A DNA stretch of 64,000 nucleotides from Alphaproteobacteria bacterium (GCA_964291215.2 OZ219791.1:352001-416000); one strand, 5' to 3'; counted from the stretch's first letter, positions 20,098-31,480 are shown. Numbers and translations are program-made. The notes: generated by a model from the sequence alone, not told the origin.

Positions 20098-23000
20098 ATG
20101 GCAGCGGCTGAAGAAACGCCGCGGACGCGGTGGTGGCACATCGCTGCGGCTGCCGCAGCCGCGGCAGCGATCCTGCTCTCCGTTGCCGCCGGCCTTGCCT
20201 ACTGGCGCCTGACCGCCGGGCCGGTCTCGCTTGGATTCGCGCTGCCGCAGGCGGCGCGCTTTCTCGACCTCCCCGATTACGGGTTCCGCGCCGAACCCGA
20301 GGACATCATCGTCACCTGGCAGGGCCGGGACCAGCCGGTCCATGTCGAAATCGAGGGACTCGGGTACCGCAACCCTGCCGGACAGGTGGTCGCGCACTTC
20401 GAGAGGGCGGTCGCCGACATCAGCACGCAGGGGCTTCTCCGCGGCCGCATCGGGCTTGTCAGGCTCGAGCTCGTGCGCCCGCGCATTCAGCTGGTTGCAA
20501 ACCCGCCGACGGAAGATTCTCCCGGGAGGCACGACACGTACACCTCGCTCGCGATCGACGCGCTGTTCCGGATCCAGGCACATGTGAACAGGCACATGCC
20601 GTTCCTCGAACGGTTGCGAATTAACAACGCCGCGGCCGAGTTCGCGCTGCAGCAGGGGCTCGCTCCGGTCAGGTTCCCCGACATCGACATCGACATCCGG
20701 CGCAATGCCTCGGGCGTCGCCGGCTCCTTCGCCCTTGCGGCCGATGTCGGCGGCGATACCGGCACGGTGCGCGGCACCGCCGTCCATAGCGACAGCGACG
20801 GCTCCATGACGCTGATCGTCGATTTTGCAGGCTTCGGGCTCCGCACCTTCATGGAGCAGCTGACCGGAACTGCCGGCCGGTTCATCCCGCGAACCGACCT
20901 TTCCGGCTGGCTCTCGCTGGCGATCGGAGGCGACGGCAAGCTGAGCAAAACCGCGTTCGCTCTCGAGACCGGCTCCGGCGCGATCCCGGCCCCCGTGTCC
21001 GGCGCAGCGCCGCTCAGGTTCCGCAGGCTGGAGCTCAGCGGGCGCCTCGATCCGGCGTCCGGACGCCTGCTCGTGGACGATACGGAACTTGCGTTCGACC
21101 GCATCCGGGTTGCGGTGAAGAATGCCGCGGTGCGCCTGGGAGAGACGACAGAGGTGCGCGCCCGCATCGAGACGGCAAACATAGGGCACAATGCTCTGGC
21201 CGGGCTCTGGCCGGAGTCTCTCGGCAGCGGCGTGCGGCGCTGGGTGCTGGCGAATCTCGCGGACGGCACGGTGCGGACGATCGCTGCCGACGTGACGGCC
21301 CTGGTGACCACCGGCGACGACGGGCTCGCGGTGGCGGTCCGGGATTTTGCGGGCCGCGCGGCGCTCGAGGGTTACAGCGTGACCTATCTTGCTCCCCTGC
21401 CGCCGGTACGCGATGTCAACGCAGAGATGACCTTCGCCGGCGACCGCGTGGACTTTCAGGTGAGCAGCGGACGGGCCGGGGCGCTCAGCATCCGCAAGAC
21501 GGGGATCCACATCCGCGATATCGGCAAGACGCGCGGGACGATGTCGATTTCGCTCACCGTGGCGGGACCGGTGCGCGCGGCGCTCGCGCTTCTCGGGCAT
21601 CCGCGCCTCAACCTCCTTCCGAAGTCGAGCGGCGGCGGGAAAGGCGTCTCGGGCAGCCATGTAACTCTGCTCGAGTTCGGTTTTCCGCGTCTCGACGCGC
21701 TGGCGATGGACGATGTCGAGGTCTCCGCGAAATCGGAGATCTCGGAGCTCGGGATACCGGGGATTTTCCGCGACATCGCGCTCAGGGACGGCAGGTTCCG
21801 ACTCGAGTTCCGCGGCAGCAAGCTGGCCGCTGACGGCGTCGCGAAGATCTCCGGGCGAACGGTCCAGATTAGCTTCCGCGAGGATGTCTCAAGCGGCGGG
21901 GCCAGAATCGTTTCAGGAGCGGCAACCGCCGGCCCGGAGACGGCGGCACTTTTCGGGGTCGATGTCCTGCCCTATCTGCGCGGGTCGGCAGGCGTGCGCT
22001 TCGTCTACAGCCGCCGCGGCAGCGACGCGGCGGCGCTCTCGCTGACGCTTGATCTCCGGCGGACCAGGGTCATGGCTCCGGTGCTCGGCCAGGTCAAGGC
22101 GCTGCGGGAGCCGGGTACGGCACGACTGAAACTCGCGTTCCGCAGCGACCGCGACGCAATACTCTCGGAATTCTCCGTCGATACCGACCGGCTGAAGGCG
22201 GTGGTACAGCGCATGAGGAGCGGCCTGTGGAAGACGCAGATCGCATCCGGCCGCACTTCGATCGAGGGCACGGTCGAGTTCCGCGCAGACGGCTCCCTGG
22301 TCGTCGACGTCACCGGTCCCGAACTCGACACGCAACCGTTCCTCGTAGGCGCGACCGGCGGAGGAACATCGGATCTGCCGCCGTTCCGGGTGCTCGGAGC
22401 CTTCCGGAAACTGTGGATCGACCCCAGGCTGGCGCTCGCCAACGCGCGAATTCTCCTCGACCGCGGGCCCGGAGACTGGCGGCGCGCCCGGCTCACGGCC
22501 AGGCTCCCGAAGAACAACCGAACCATCGAAGCGGAACTCTCGCGGACCGACAAGGGCTACGACCTTGCCGTCAAGAGCGACGATGCGGGCGCGGTCCTTG
22601 CGGCACTCGGGATCACCGACGTGATGGTCGGCGGCGCGCTTGATCTGAAAGCGCAGCGTGCCGACGGTCCGGCAAGCGCCTGGAACGGGACCGTGAAAAC
22701 CGGCAAGTTCCGGATCGTGCGCACGCCACCGCTTGTCCGTCTCCTCAAAAGGATGTCTCTCGCCGGAATCGCGCAGCTGTCCGATACCGACGAGCTTCGC
22801 TTCACGAAGATGGCCGTCCCTTTCGAATATCTCGATGGCATCGCAAAAATCGACGAGGCTCGCGTCAGCGGGTCCGAACTCTCGCTGACCGCGTCGGGCA
22901 ATCTGAATATTGCCCGCGACACCATCGACCTTCGCGGAAACGTCGTGCCCGCGCCGGTGATAAACCGCCTGCTCGCCGGAATTCCGATTCTCGGTCCGCT

Positions 23001-23193
23001 CGCCGCCGGTGGCGACGAATCGAGCGTTTTCGCGGCTTCCTGGCGCGCGAAGGGGCCGGCCTCCGATCCCCGGTTCACGATCAATCCGCTGACGCTGCTG
23101 GCACCCACGGTCATTCGCAAGGTAATCGAAGGGTTCGCCGAGGGTGCGGCCAGCGGCACGAGCCTCCGCCCGGCGCCGACGGAGGCCAACTGA
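20098..23193 (+). CDS. AsmA-like/YhdP (DUF3971) envelope protein
   Basis: 1031 aa, N-terminal TM anchor, beta-rich body and C-terminal IPILG...INPL..LAP AsmA_2-type motif; sits next to tyrS. Confidence 0.75.
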   Translation: MAAAEETPRTRWWHIAAAAAAAAAILLSVAAGLAYWRLTAGPVSLGFALPQAARFLDLPDYGFRAEPEDIIVTWQGRDQPVHVEIEGLGYRNPAGQVVAHFERAVADISTQGLLRGRIGLVRLELVRPRIQLVANPPTEDSPGRHDTYTSLAIDALFRIQAHVNRHMPFLERLRINNAAAEFALQQGLAPVRFPDIDIDIRRNASGVAGSFALAADVGGDTGTVRGTAVHSDSDGSMTLIVDFAGFGLRTFMEQLTGTAGRFIPRTDLSGWLSLAIGGDGKLSKTAFALETGSGAIPAPVSGAAPLRFRRLELSGRLDPASGRLLVDDTELAFDRIRVAVKNAAVRLGETTEVRARIETANIGHNALAGLWPESLGSGVRRWVLANLADGTVRTIAADVTALVTTGDDGLAVAVRDFAGRAALEGYSVTYLAPLPPVRDVNAEMTFAGDRVDFQVSSGRAGALSIRKTGIHIRDIGKTRGTMSISLTVAGPVRAALALLGHPRLNLLPKSSGGGKGVSGSHVTLLEFGFPRLDALAMDDVEVSAKSEISELGIPGIFRDIALRDGRFRLEFRGSKLAADGVAKISGRTVQISFREDVSSGGARIVSGAATAGPETAALFGVDVLPYLRGSAGVRFVYSRRGSDAAALSLTLDLRRTRVMAPVLGQVKALREPGTARLKLAFRSDRDAILSEFSVDTDRLKAVVQRMRSGLWKTQIASGRTSIEGTVEFRADGSLVVDVTGPELDTQPFLVGATGGGTSDLPPFRVLGAFRKLWIDPRLALANARILLDRGPGDWRRARLTARLPKNNRTIEAELSRTDKGYDLAVKSDDAGAVLAALGITDVMVGGALDLKAQRADGPASAWNGTVKTGKFRIVRTPPLVRLLKRMSLAGIAQLSDTDELRFTKMAVPFEYLDGIAKIDEARVSGSELSLTASGNLNIARDTIDLRGNVVPAPVINRLLAGIPILGPLAAGGDESSVFAASWRAKGPASDPRFTINPLTLLAPTVIRKVIEGFAEGAASGTSLRPAPTEAN

Positions 23194-23371
23194 CCGGAAC
23201 CTCGCCTGACCGCATACGTTTTGGCGGATTCCGCCGACCGGCATTCGGGGCGGCATGCCGGGATCCAGCGGGTTGATGCGGGCGCCAGGACGGGAACCGG
23301 CGCAGGATACGGACATCGGAGGCCGCCAAGCCATTCAGCAAGGAAACCGCGGCCTGCCCCCCCGAGAGTCG

Positions 23372-24634
23372 TCAGACAGCCCGCACAAGAACGTGGCGCT
23401 TGCGGCCGGCCGACAGCTTGAGCATGCGGTCGGCGGCCAGATCGGCGGCCGTCACCGCACGGTTCTCGTCGTCGAGTCGGACATCGTTGAGCCGTCCGCC
23501 GCCGCCCCGTATCAGGCGCCGCGCGGCGGTGCCTGATTCAGCCAGCCCGGCACGCCGGAAGAGGTCGAATGCCGCGAGGCCGGCATCGAGTTCGGCGCGC
23601 GGGATCTCGACTGTGGGGAGTCCTCCGGACGCCATCCCGCGCTCGAAGGTTTCCTGCGCCGTGTCCCGCGCAGCGCTTGCGGCATCCTTTCCGTGACAGA
23701 GCGCGGTCGCCTCGTCGGCGAGAATCTTCTTGGCCTCGTTGATTTCGGCGCCCTTGAGCACCTCGATCCTGGCTATCTCGCCGAGCGGCAACTCGGTGAA
23801 CAGCCGCAGGAACCTGCCGACATCACTGTCGTCGGTGTTGCGCCAGAACTGCCAGTAGTCGTACGCGCTCACGCGGTCTGCATTGAGCCACAGGGCGCCG
23901 TCGGCGGTCTTGCCCATCTTGGCGCCCGACGCCGTGGTCAGCAGGGGCGTCGTCAAGCCGAACAGGGCGGCGCCGTCGGCGCGGCGCCCGAGTTCGACGC
24001 CGTTCACGATATTGCCCCACTGGTCGGATCCTCCCATCTGCAGGATGCAGTCGTGGCGCCGGTGGAGCTCGAGAAAATCGTAGGCCTGGAGAATCATGTA
24101 GTTGAACTCGAGGAAACTCAGTGTCTGCTCGCGCTCAAGCCGCAGCCGCACCGAATCGAAGCCGAGCATGCGGTTTATCGAGAAATGCGAGCCATATTCC
24201 CTTAGGAACGGAATGTAGGAGAGGCCGTCGAGCCATTCGGCATTATCGGCCATGACCGCGTCGGTCGGGTCATCGCCGAAGGACAGGAATCTCGCGAAGA
24301 CGGCCTGGATGCCGTCCTTGTTGGCGGCAATTTCCGCTTCGCCGAGCAGCTTGCGGCTCCCGTCCTTGCCCGACGGGTCGCCGACCTTGCTCGTGCCACC
24401 ACCCATGAGCACGATCGGCCGGTGGCCGCATTTCTGGAACCAGCGCAGCAGCATGATTGGCAGCAGGCTTCCGACGTGCAGGCTGTCGGCCGTGCAGTCG
24501 AAACCGATATAGCAGGTCCGCGGCACACCGCCGGCGAGAAGCCCGTCAAGCGCTGCGGAGTCGGTGCACTGGTGTAGGAACCCGCGCGCGACGACCGTGT
24601 TCAGGAAATCGGACCGCATGGTGGTGTCGGACAT
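23372..24634 (-). CDS. tyrS: Tyrosine--tRNA ligase
   Basis: [29 protein letters not shown] and a C-terminal S4 domain. Confidence 0.97.
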   Translation of the reverse strand: MSDTTMRSDFLNTVVARGFLHQCTDSAALDGLLAGGVPRTCYIGFDCTADSLHVGSLLPIMLLRWFQKCGHRPIVLMGGGTSKVGDPSGKDGSRKLLGEAEIAANKDGIQAVFARFLSFGDDPTDAVMADNAEWLDGLSYIPFLREYGSHFSINRMLGFDSVRLRLEREQTLSFLEFNYMILQAYDFLELHRRHDCILQMGGSDQWGNIVNGVELGRRADGAALFGLTTPLLTTASGAKMGKTADGALWLNADRVSAYDYWQFWRNTDDSDVGRFLRLFTELPLGEIARIEVLKGAEINEAKKILADEATALCHGKDAASAARDTAQETFERGMASGGLPTVEIPRAELDAGLAAFDLFRRAGLAESGTAARRLIRGGGGRLNDVRLDDENRAVTAADLAADRMLKLSAGRKRHVLVRAV

Positions 24635-24881
24635 CGCTCGTACCCCGGCATGGTCGTTGTGCATCTTTCGGGAAATCCGTGGCGGGTGTCCGCCGGATGC
24701 CCGGGCATGCAGTCATCGCCTCCGGCACCCGCCCGTGAGCGGGACGGAGATCCTGCCTGCCAGGAAATATTCTCTGGAAAGCCGCAGGCCCCGCGCACCG
24801 CAGCCACTGTAACCGTGTCCGTTCGCATATTATATTGCCCGAAAGCCGTTGCAACCCCGGAAACGCACAGGAAACAGGAAG

Positions 24882-26426
24882 ATGCTCACCATGCGTTCAG
24901 CCCTTGAACGGGCACTCCGGATCCACGGCGCGAACACCGCGATCGTCGATGATGAGAAAGACTTCACGTGGGCCGCGCACATGGAACGCGTCATGCGCCT
25001 CGCCACGGTCCTCGGCGACCTGGGCATTGGCCCCGGCGACCGTTTCGGCATCATCTGCCGCAACACCTGGCGCCACTGCGAACTCCTCCATGCCGGCTAC
25101 TGGAACGGCTCGATCCCGGTGCCGGTGAACTACCGGCTCGCGCCGCCGGAGATCGGGTTTATCCTCGAGGACTCGAAAATCACCCGGCTGTTCGTGGAGG
25201 ACGCCTTTCCCGACCTCCTCGCCGCCGAGGCGCTCGCGCCATGGCGCGACAGTGCTGTCTGCATCGCCGGCGGCGGAGCGGAAGCGCCGCCCCCACGGAC
25301 CGACGAGATGATCGACGCCGCCCGCCCCGCCGACGGCCATGCGAGCGCCGAGGACGACGACGCCATTCTGCTCTATACCGGCGGTACCACCGGGCGCTCG
25401 AAGGGCGTGCGCCTCAGCCATCGAAACGTGGTTTCAAACGGCATGCAATGCGCGGTCGCGATGAAGATGCGCGCCGACGATGTCTACCTCCATGTCGCGC
25501 CCATGTTCCATTCGGCCGACCTTCTCGGCACCGGCTACACGCTGGTCGGCGGCGGCCATGCCTACCTGCCGGTCTTTACCCCGGCTAACCTCCTCGCTGC
25601 ACTCCGTGACCACCGCGCGACCTCGGTCATGCTGGCGCCGACGATGATCATCCTGACGCTCCAGGATCCTGATTTCTCGGGACACGGGCTCGGCGCCTTC
25701 CGACGCCTCTTCTACGGCTCCTCGCCGATGGCCGTCGAATGGATCCGCCGCACCATGGAGGCGTTCCCCGGGGTCGCCGTGCAGCAGGGTTACGGCCTCA
25801 CCGAGACGTCACCCATCCTCACCACGCTGGACGAGGAGGAACACGCCGCCGCCATCGCGTCGGGCGAGCACAGCATCCTCCGCGCCGCCGGACGGCCGGT
25901 GATCGGCCTCGACATGCGCATTCTTCGCGATGGCGCGCCCGCCGCCGCGGGAGAAGCCGGGGAGGTCTCCGTGCGCGGGCCAAACGTGACCCGCGGCTAC
26001 CTCAACCGCCCGGACGACAACGCGCGCACCTTCGCCGACGGCTGGTTCCTCACCGGCGATGTCGGGCGCATGGACGAGAACGGCTATCTCTACCTCCTCG
26101 ACCGCAGCCGCGACGTCATCATCACCGGCGGCGAAAACGTCTATTCGTCGGAGGTCGAGGCAGTCCTCTATCAGCATGAGGATGTGGTCGAATGCGCCGT
26201 CGTCGGCATTCCCGACGAGACGTTCGGTGAAGCGCTGTTCGCTGCCGTCGTGGCGCGTCCGGGATCGGCGCTCGACGCGGACCGGCTCGTCGCGCACTGC
26301 CGCGGGCGCATCGGCGGCTACAAGATCCCGCGCCGGTACAGGTTCGTCGAGGAGTTGCCAAAGAGTGCGATGGGCAAGATCCTCAAGACCGAACTCAGGA
26401 AGATCTATGGAGGATCCGCGACATGA
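24882..26426 (+). CDS. Long-chain fatty acid/acyl--CoA ligase
   Basis: YTGGTTGRSKG, QGYGLTE, WFLTGD, IITGGENVY and PKSAMGK motifs. Confidence 0.9.
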   Translation: MLTMRSALERALRIHGANTAIVDDEKDFTWAAHMERVMRLATVLGDLGIGPGDRFGIICRNTWRHCELLHAGYWNGSIPVPVNYRLAPPEIGFILEDSKITRLFVEDAFPDLLAAEALAPWRDSAVCIAGGGAEAPPPRTDEMIDAARPADGHASAEDDDAILLYTGGTTGRSKGVRLSHRNVVSNGMQCAVAMKMRADDVYLHVAPMFHSADLLGTGYTLVGGGHAYLPVFTPANLLAALRDHRATSVMLAPTMIILTLQDPDFSGHGLGAFRRLFYGSSPMAVEWIRRTMEAFPGVAVQQGYGLTETSPILTTLDEEEHAAAIASGEHSILRAAGRPVIGLDMRILRDGAPAAAGEAGEVSVRGPNVTRGYLNRPDDNARTFADGWFLTGDVGRMDENGYLYLLDRSRDVIITGGENVYSSEVEAVLYQHEDVVECAVVGIPDETFGEALFAAVVARPGSALDADRLVAHCRGRIGGYKIPRRYRFVEELPKSAMGKILKTELRKIYGGSAT

Positions 26427-26827
26427 AGGACACGCTGAAGGCCGGCCTCGAGGGCCGGCGGAGTTGGACCGTGGACAGCGAGCGCACGATCGCTTTCATG
26501 GGCGACGAGCTTCGCGTCTACGCCACGCCATACATGGTGCGCGACATCGAGGAAACCTCCCGACTCCTCGTCGGGGCGCATCTCGACGACGGCGAGGAGA
26601 CGGTGGGCGCGCATGTCTCGGTGGACCATCTCGGCGCCACCCTCCTCGGCATGACGGTCGAGGTCGCCGCCACCGTCACGGAAGTCGACGGCAGGCGCGT
26701 AACTCTCGAGGTCACGGTCCATGACGGGCTCGACCTCGTGGGCAAGGCCCGTCACGTGCGCTTCGTGATCGACCGCGAGCGTCAGCGCGAGCGCCTGGAG
26801 AAGAAACGGGCGCGGCTTCAGCCATAG
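26423..26827 (+). CDS. Hotdog-fold thioesterase (FlK-like)
   Basis: VYATP, TVG.HV.VDHL.AT and V.EVDGRR motifs; ATGA overlap with the ligase. Confidence 0.8.
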   Translation: MKDTLKAGLEGRRSWTVDSERTIAFMGDELRVYATPYMVRDIEETSRLLVGAHLDDGEETVGAHVSVDHLGATLLGMTVEVAATVTEVDGRRVTLEVTVHDGLDLVGKARHVRFVIDRERQRERLEKKRARLQP

Positions 26828-28134
26828 AACAGCCGCGGCAGCAGGAGCGATATTCCCGGCGCCGCAACGAGGATCGCAAGACGCACGATATCGGCGCACC
26901 AGAACGGGGTGACCCCGCGGAACACGGTCGCCGTCGAGACATCGCGCACGACGCCCGAGAGCACGAACACGTTGAGCCCGACCGGCGGCGTGATCAGGCT
27001 GATCTCGGTGACGACGACGGCAATGACGCCGAACCAGACCAGGATCTGCTCGGGCCCGAGCCCGCCATAACCGAGTTCCTTGATCACGGGGAAGAAAATC
27101 GGGACGGTCAGCAGCAGCATCGACAGGCTCTCGAACACGCAGCCGAGCACGACATAGATGGCGAGGATGATGACGATCACGGTAAGCGGTGGCAGCTCCT
27201 GACCGGAGACCAGCGCAAGGAGCCCGTCGGGCAGGCCGGCGCGATTGACGAAGTTGGAGAAGATCAGGGCCCCGATCAGTACCGCGAACAGCACCGCGGT
27301 CGTGCGCGCACTGTCGGCAAGGACCTCGCAGAAGCCGCGCCAGGTCAGCGTGCGCCGCGACAGGGCGATGAGGAAGGCACCGCCGGCGCCGATCCCGGCC
27401 GCCTCGGTCGGCGTGAAGGCACCGCCGTAGATGCCGCCCATGACCACGGCAAACAGCAGCAGCGTTCCCCACACGCCGCGCAGCGCCTGCAGCTGCTCGC
27501 GTCCGCCGCGGCGCGGCGCCGCCGGCCCGGCCGCCGGGTCCCGCCACACCACGTAGCGCACCGCCGCCATGTAGAGCACGATGCCGACAATGCCGGGGAG
27601 GAGTCCGGCTGCGAACAGCTCGCGGATCGAGGTATCGGTCATCAAGCCATAGATAACCAGAATGACGCTTGGCGGGATGAGGATCCCGAGCGTGCCGCCG
27701 GCTGCGATCGATGCGGTTGCGAGCGTGTCGGCGTACCCGTAGCGGCGCATCGGCGGCAGCGCCACCTTTGACATGGTGGCGGCGGTAGCCAGCGATGAGC
27801 CGCAGATCGCGCTGAAACCCCCGCAGGCGAGCACGGTCGCCATCGAGAGCCCGCCGCGGCGGTGGCCGAGAAAGGCGTGCGAGGCATCGTAGAGTTCGGC
27901 CGACAGGTTGGCGCGGACCACGAAATTGCCCATGAGGATAAACATGGGCACGACCGAGAGCCCGTAGTTCAGCGCCGTGTCGGAAACGATGGTGCCGACC
28001 ATGGCGAGCGACGGCTGCCATCCCGACAGCACCCCGAAGCCGGCAAACCCGACGATCCCCATCGCGAAGGCGATCGGCGTGCGCAGGAAAACGAGGACCA
28101 GCAAAACCGCGAAACCGACCAGCGCGACATCCAT
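26818..28134 (-). CDS. TRAP transporter large permease (DctM)
   Basis: GSSLATAATM, GTLGILIPPS and ITPPVG.N motifs; highly hydrophobic. Confidence 0.93.
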   Translation of the reverse strand: MDVALVGFAVLLVLVFLRTPIAFAMGIVGFAGFGVLSGWQPSLAMVGTIVSDTALNYGLSVVPMFILMGNFVVRANLSAELYDASHAFLGHRRGGLSMATVLACGGFSAICGSSLATAATMSKVALPPMRRYGYADTLATASIAAGGTLGILIPPSVILVIYGLMTDTSIRELFAAGLLPGIVGIVLYMAAVRYVVWRDPAAGPAAPRRGGREQLQALRGVWGTLLLFAVVMGGIYGGAFTPTEAAGIGAGGAFLIALSRRTLTWRGFCEVLADSARTTAVLFAVLIGALIFSNFVNRAGLPDGLLALVSGQELPPLTVIVIILAIYVVLGCVFESLSMLLLTVPIFFPVIKELGYGGLGPEQILVWFGVIAVVVTEISLITPPVGLNVFVLSGVVRDVSTATVFRGVTPFWCADIVRLAILVAAPGISLLLPRLFYG

Positions 28135-28150
28135 GGGCCGGGCCTGCGGG

Positions 28151-28678
28151 TCAGACCGAGTCGCTCTGTCCGGCGGCCTCCAAAGGGCCGGAACCGGTCA
28201 GGTGGCGGACGGCATTGGCAAACAGCACCACCGCCGCGACGCCGCTCATCACTGATATGAAGTAACTGACCGGACCGAGGGGGATCGAAAGGAACTCGGT
28301 GGCGTCGCCGTAGTCCGACTGGAAGCCGCCGATGATCCACACCCGCCAGCACACGCCGGCCATGACGGCGGCTGCGATCAGGTTGATGATCACCCGACGC
28401 GGGCGCGCCAGCCGTGCAGGAAACCAGCGGTCAAGGAGGTCGACGGTGATGTGGTCTTCGCGCAGCGAAATGATCGGAAAGACGGCAAAGACGATGACCC
28501 CCATCATGATCTGGGTGAGCTCGGTGGCGCCATCAAGCGGGGCCGCAAACACCTCGCGCCCGAAGACGTCAATGCAGGTCATGGCCATGAGGACAAACAG
28601 GACAGCAGCCCCGAGTCCGTCGGTTACCGACGAGAACACCCGTCGGGGAAGCCGCCCACGCGGCGCGGTCTCAGGCAT
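28151..28678 (-). CDS. TRAP transporter small permease (DctQ)
   Basis: Four TM segments, DV.GR and HITVDL motifs. Confidence 0.88.
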   Translation of the reverse strand: MPETAPRGRLPRRVFSSVTDGLGAAVLFVLMAMTCIDVFGREVFAAPLDGATELTQIMMGVIVFAVFPIISLREDHITVDLLDRWFPARLARPRRVIINLIAAAVMAGVCWRVWIIGGFQSDYGDATEFLSIPLGPVSYFISVMSGVAAVVLFANAVRHLTGSGPLEAAGQSDSV

Positions 28679-28789
28679 GGCGGCGAACCCCGCCGACGAG
28701 TCCGGATTCCGGCGAGCGGGCCCGGCCGGCCCGCGAGTCGGCCTCGAAAGGCCCGGACTCCACGCCGGCCGGAATCGCCGCCGCCACGA

Positions 28790-29797
28790 TCAGTTCTTCG
28801 CCTTGTCGTAGTCCCGCGCCTGCTTGCGCAGCTCGGCAAGGGCCGCCTTGCCGTCGAACCACATGGAGACCTTCTTCATCCATTCGTCTTCAAGCGGCTT
28901 CACGCGCGCGTAGTAGGCGTTCGTGGTCTTCTCGTCGGCGACCGTGATCTCGGTCCCGGCCTTGACGCCCGCGGCGCGCGCCTCGTCGTCGGCCGTATCC
29001 CAGTGGCGGCCGAGCTTCGCGAACGGAATGCCGAAGGTGCTCGTCACACCCTTTCTGTCGGCGTCCGAAAGGCCCTTGAGGAACTGCGGATTGATCAGGA
29101 ACGCGAAGCTGCCGTAATAGAGCCCGCCCGGGATGACGGTGACGAATTTCGTGACCTCCTTGAGCCGGAAGCCGTTCTGCGTCTCCATCGGCATGAAGAT
29201 GCCGTCAGCAACGCCGGTCGACAGCGCCTCGTAGACCTTGGGCGCTGGCAGCTTGACGGCGGTAACTCCGAGCGCCTTGCCGACGAGGCTGCCGACGCCG
29301 CCCGGCACGCGGATCTTCATGCCCTTGAGTTCGTCGAGGCTCTTGAGCGGCCTCTTGGTCTGGATCACCGCCGGTCCGTGCACATTCAGCCCGATCAGTC
29401 CGACACCGCGATGCTCGTTGGCCTTCTTGAGATATTTCTCGTGCACCATCGTATAAGCGATGGCCGCCGCTTCCGCGCTGGTGCCGAGGCCCGGCATTTC
29501 GACGATCTGGGTGGCAACGAAGCGGGTGTTGTAGCCATGGAAGATGAAGCTGGCATGGGCCACGCCGTCGCGGGCGACCGCAAACTGCTTGAGCGGCGAT
29601 GCCAGATTGTATTCCTGCTTGATGACGACACGGCCGCCGGTAGCCTTCTTGACCGCCTCACCCCACTGGGGCCAGATCTTCGCATTGACGAAATGGGTGG
29701 GAGGCGTCCACGTGCTGACACGCAGCACCGTTTCGCTCCGGGCCGCTGTTGCGGCAACCGCAACGGCGACGGCAAGGGTTGTCCAAAGGATCTTCAT
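28790..29797 (-). CDS. TRAP substrate-binding protein (DctP)
   Basis: Signal peptide, LKGMKIRV and YEALSTGVADG motifs. Confidence 0.9.
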   Translation of the reverse strand: MKILWTTLAVAVAVAATAARSETVLRVSTWTPPTHFVNAKIWPQWGEAVKKATGGRVVIKQEYNLASPLKQFAVARDGVAHASFIFHGYNTRFVATQIVEMPGLGTSAEAAAIAYTMVHEKYLKKANEHRGVGLIGLNVHGPAVIQTKRPLKSLDELKGMKIRVPGGVGSLVGKALGVTAVKLPAPKVYEALSTGVADGIFMPMETQNGFRLKEVTKFVTVIPGGLYYGSFAFLINPQFLKGLSDADRKGVTSTFGIPFAKLGRHWDTADDEARAAGVKAGTEITVADEKTTNAYYARVKPLEDEWMKKVSMWFDGKAALAELRKQARDYDKAKN

Positions 29798-29867
29798 GAC
29801 GTCTTCTCCTTCGAGCCTGCCTGAACGGAAGACGTCATTCTAATGGCATGAGGCGTCTTCCACAAAC

Positions 29868-31373
29868 CTATCTACTCACCCCTTGTTGGGTTCTGATTCA
29901 TAGTGCTCGTTGATGATGTCTGCGGCTTTTCCGTCGAGGGCGATCTGGGTGGCGACGAGTGGGTTGTAGCCGAGTGCGGCCATGGAGGTGAGGTAGCTTG
30001 AGCTCCGGCACCATGCTTTTGCGTGGAGCGGAAGCATCCGGACACCTTGACCTTTGCCATCCTAATCTTCTGTTCTCCGGCATTGTTGGTGAAGCTGACG
30101 TTGGGGTCGTCTGTGAAGCGCAGGTTTTCGTGTTTCACGAGACGTTCGTGCAGGTTGTGCGCGTTTGCTATGCGTTTTCCTTTCGGCGGCGGCGGGATGT
30201 CGGGCAGTTCCCTGGCGCCCTGATGGTGCGGTAGCGCCCGGCGTCGTTCAGGGTCTTGGATGCGCTCTTGTTGACCTTGTGGCAGGGAGCAGGCTCTTCA
30301 TCAGTCGCGCGGTAGCCTCGACGACAAAGGTCAGTTCGCGCAGCAGGTGGCTGCCGCACAACTGATGGCTACACTGGCCCATGTACGAGGCCCAGGACGC
30401 CCTTGTAGCACGGGCCGATCTCTTGCCTCCCGGCCGCGCTTGCGGTGCGGGAACTTGCACGTCAGGGTCCCACGACATGGAGCCACTTACTGTTGATCCG
30501 AAATCCGGTCTCGTCGACATGCAGGGCTGAGCGTTGCAGGAGGTGCGCCACGGCGGCCTCCTCCCATGACGCATCGTGAAAGCATAGCTGAGGCCTCGGA
30601 GAGCTTGATGCCGGAGATCGCCTGCACGAACGCGACGGCACGGCGCAGGGACAGCATCTGGGCGACCAGCAGGTTGATGATGAGGGCCTGGATGCCGTAC
30701 TGCACGGGATGTTGTCGGGGAACCGGCCCCGGGCCTTGCACTTCGGGCATTCCTTGATCTCGGCGCGGCGCTCGACGACCTCGAACACGATGTCATAGAG
30801 GACGCGGCGCTCCCGATCGACGGGGCCGTCGATGTCGGCGCCGCAGGCGTCGCAGGCCGCGACCGTCTCCTCGACGATGGTCTTGCGCAGGTTGTCGCCC
30901 ATCTGCCGGTTCGGCTTCGGGCCCTTGCTCCCGGCACGCTCTTGTCCGTCTGTGACGGCGGCAGACCGGAGTTCCGGCTCGTGCGTGGTCTTCTCCAGAA
31001 GGACGACGATGAGGATGTCGAGCAGGATGACGAAGACGCGGATCACGGCCTCTTCCGCCACCTTGCCGGCAGCGCCGCGGTCTTGGCCGCTTCGAACTCC
31101 TCGCGCGCCGCCCGTCGCCATCACCCGGCCTTGCGCTTCATCAGCGCGCCGCCTCCGAGATGCGTTTCCACATACAGATCATGCGGAGGCTGGAGCCCCG
31201 GAAGCAGCTGGCACAGCCCGCTCGTCGCCTTCGATCCAAAGTAGCCCACTGGCGGTCCCCATCGTTCTCGATGACCACCACTAAGCGAATCGGCATGTAG
31301 TGTCAAATCTCCACGAAACCCCGTTTGTTGCTCTACCCCGACATCAAGCCGGAACCAGGGGGTGAACAGTTAC
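29868..31373 (-). mobile_element. IS66-family element, copy A, with pseudogenised single-ORF transposase
   Basis: Left IR GTAACTGTTCACCCC; 8-bp target duplication CCACAAAC at 29860-29867 and 31374-31381; fragments LHVDETG, QLCGSHLLREL and FTNNAGEQ..R..KVK. Confidence 0.9.
31121..31249 (-). pseudogene. 42-aa N-terminal fragment of a Dam/D12-class DNA adenine methyltransferase inside IS66 copy A
   Basis: GYFGSK...PPHDLYVETHLGGG (motif X/I-like); no DPPY; the stop overlaps the transposase ATG. Confidence 0.65.
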
Positions 31374-31480
31374 CCACAAACAAAAAACGGCCGCAGGCGG
31401 CGTCCGGCAGTGCGCAGTGAGACATACGGACAAGGGCGGTGTCCGGCAGTCCGGTCGGATTGTTGCGGCAAACGTCGCCC

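Noticed and set aside
19159-21660. 833-aa minus-strand ORF
   Set aside because: Antisense shadow of prfB and the AsmA-like gene; Arg/Ala/Pro-rich with no motifs, typical of high-GC DNA.
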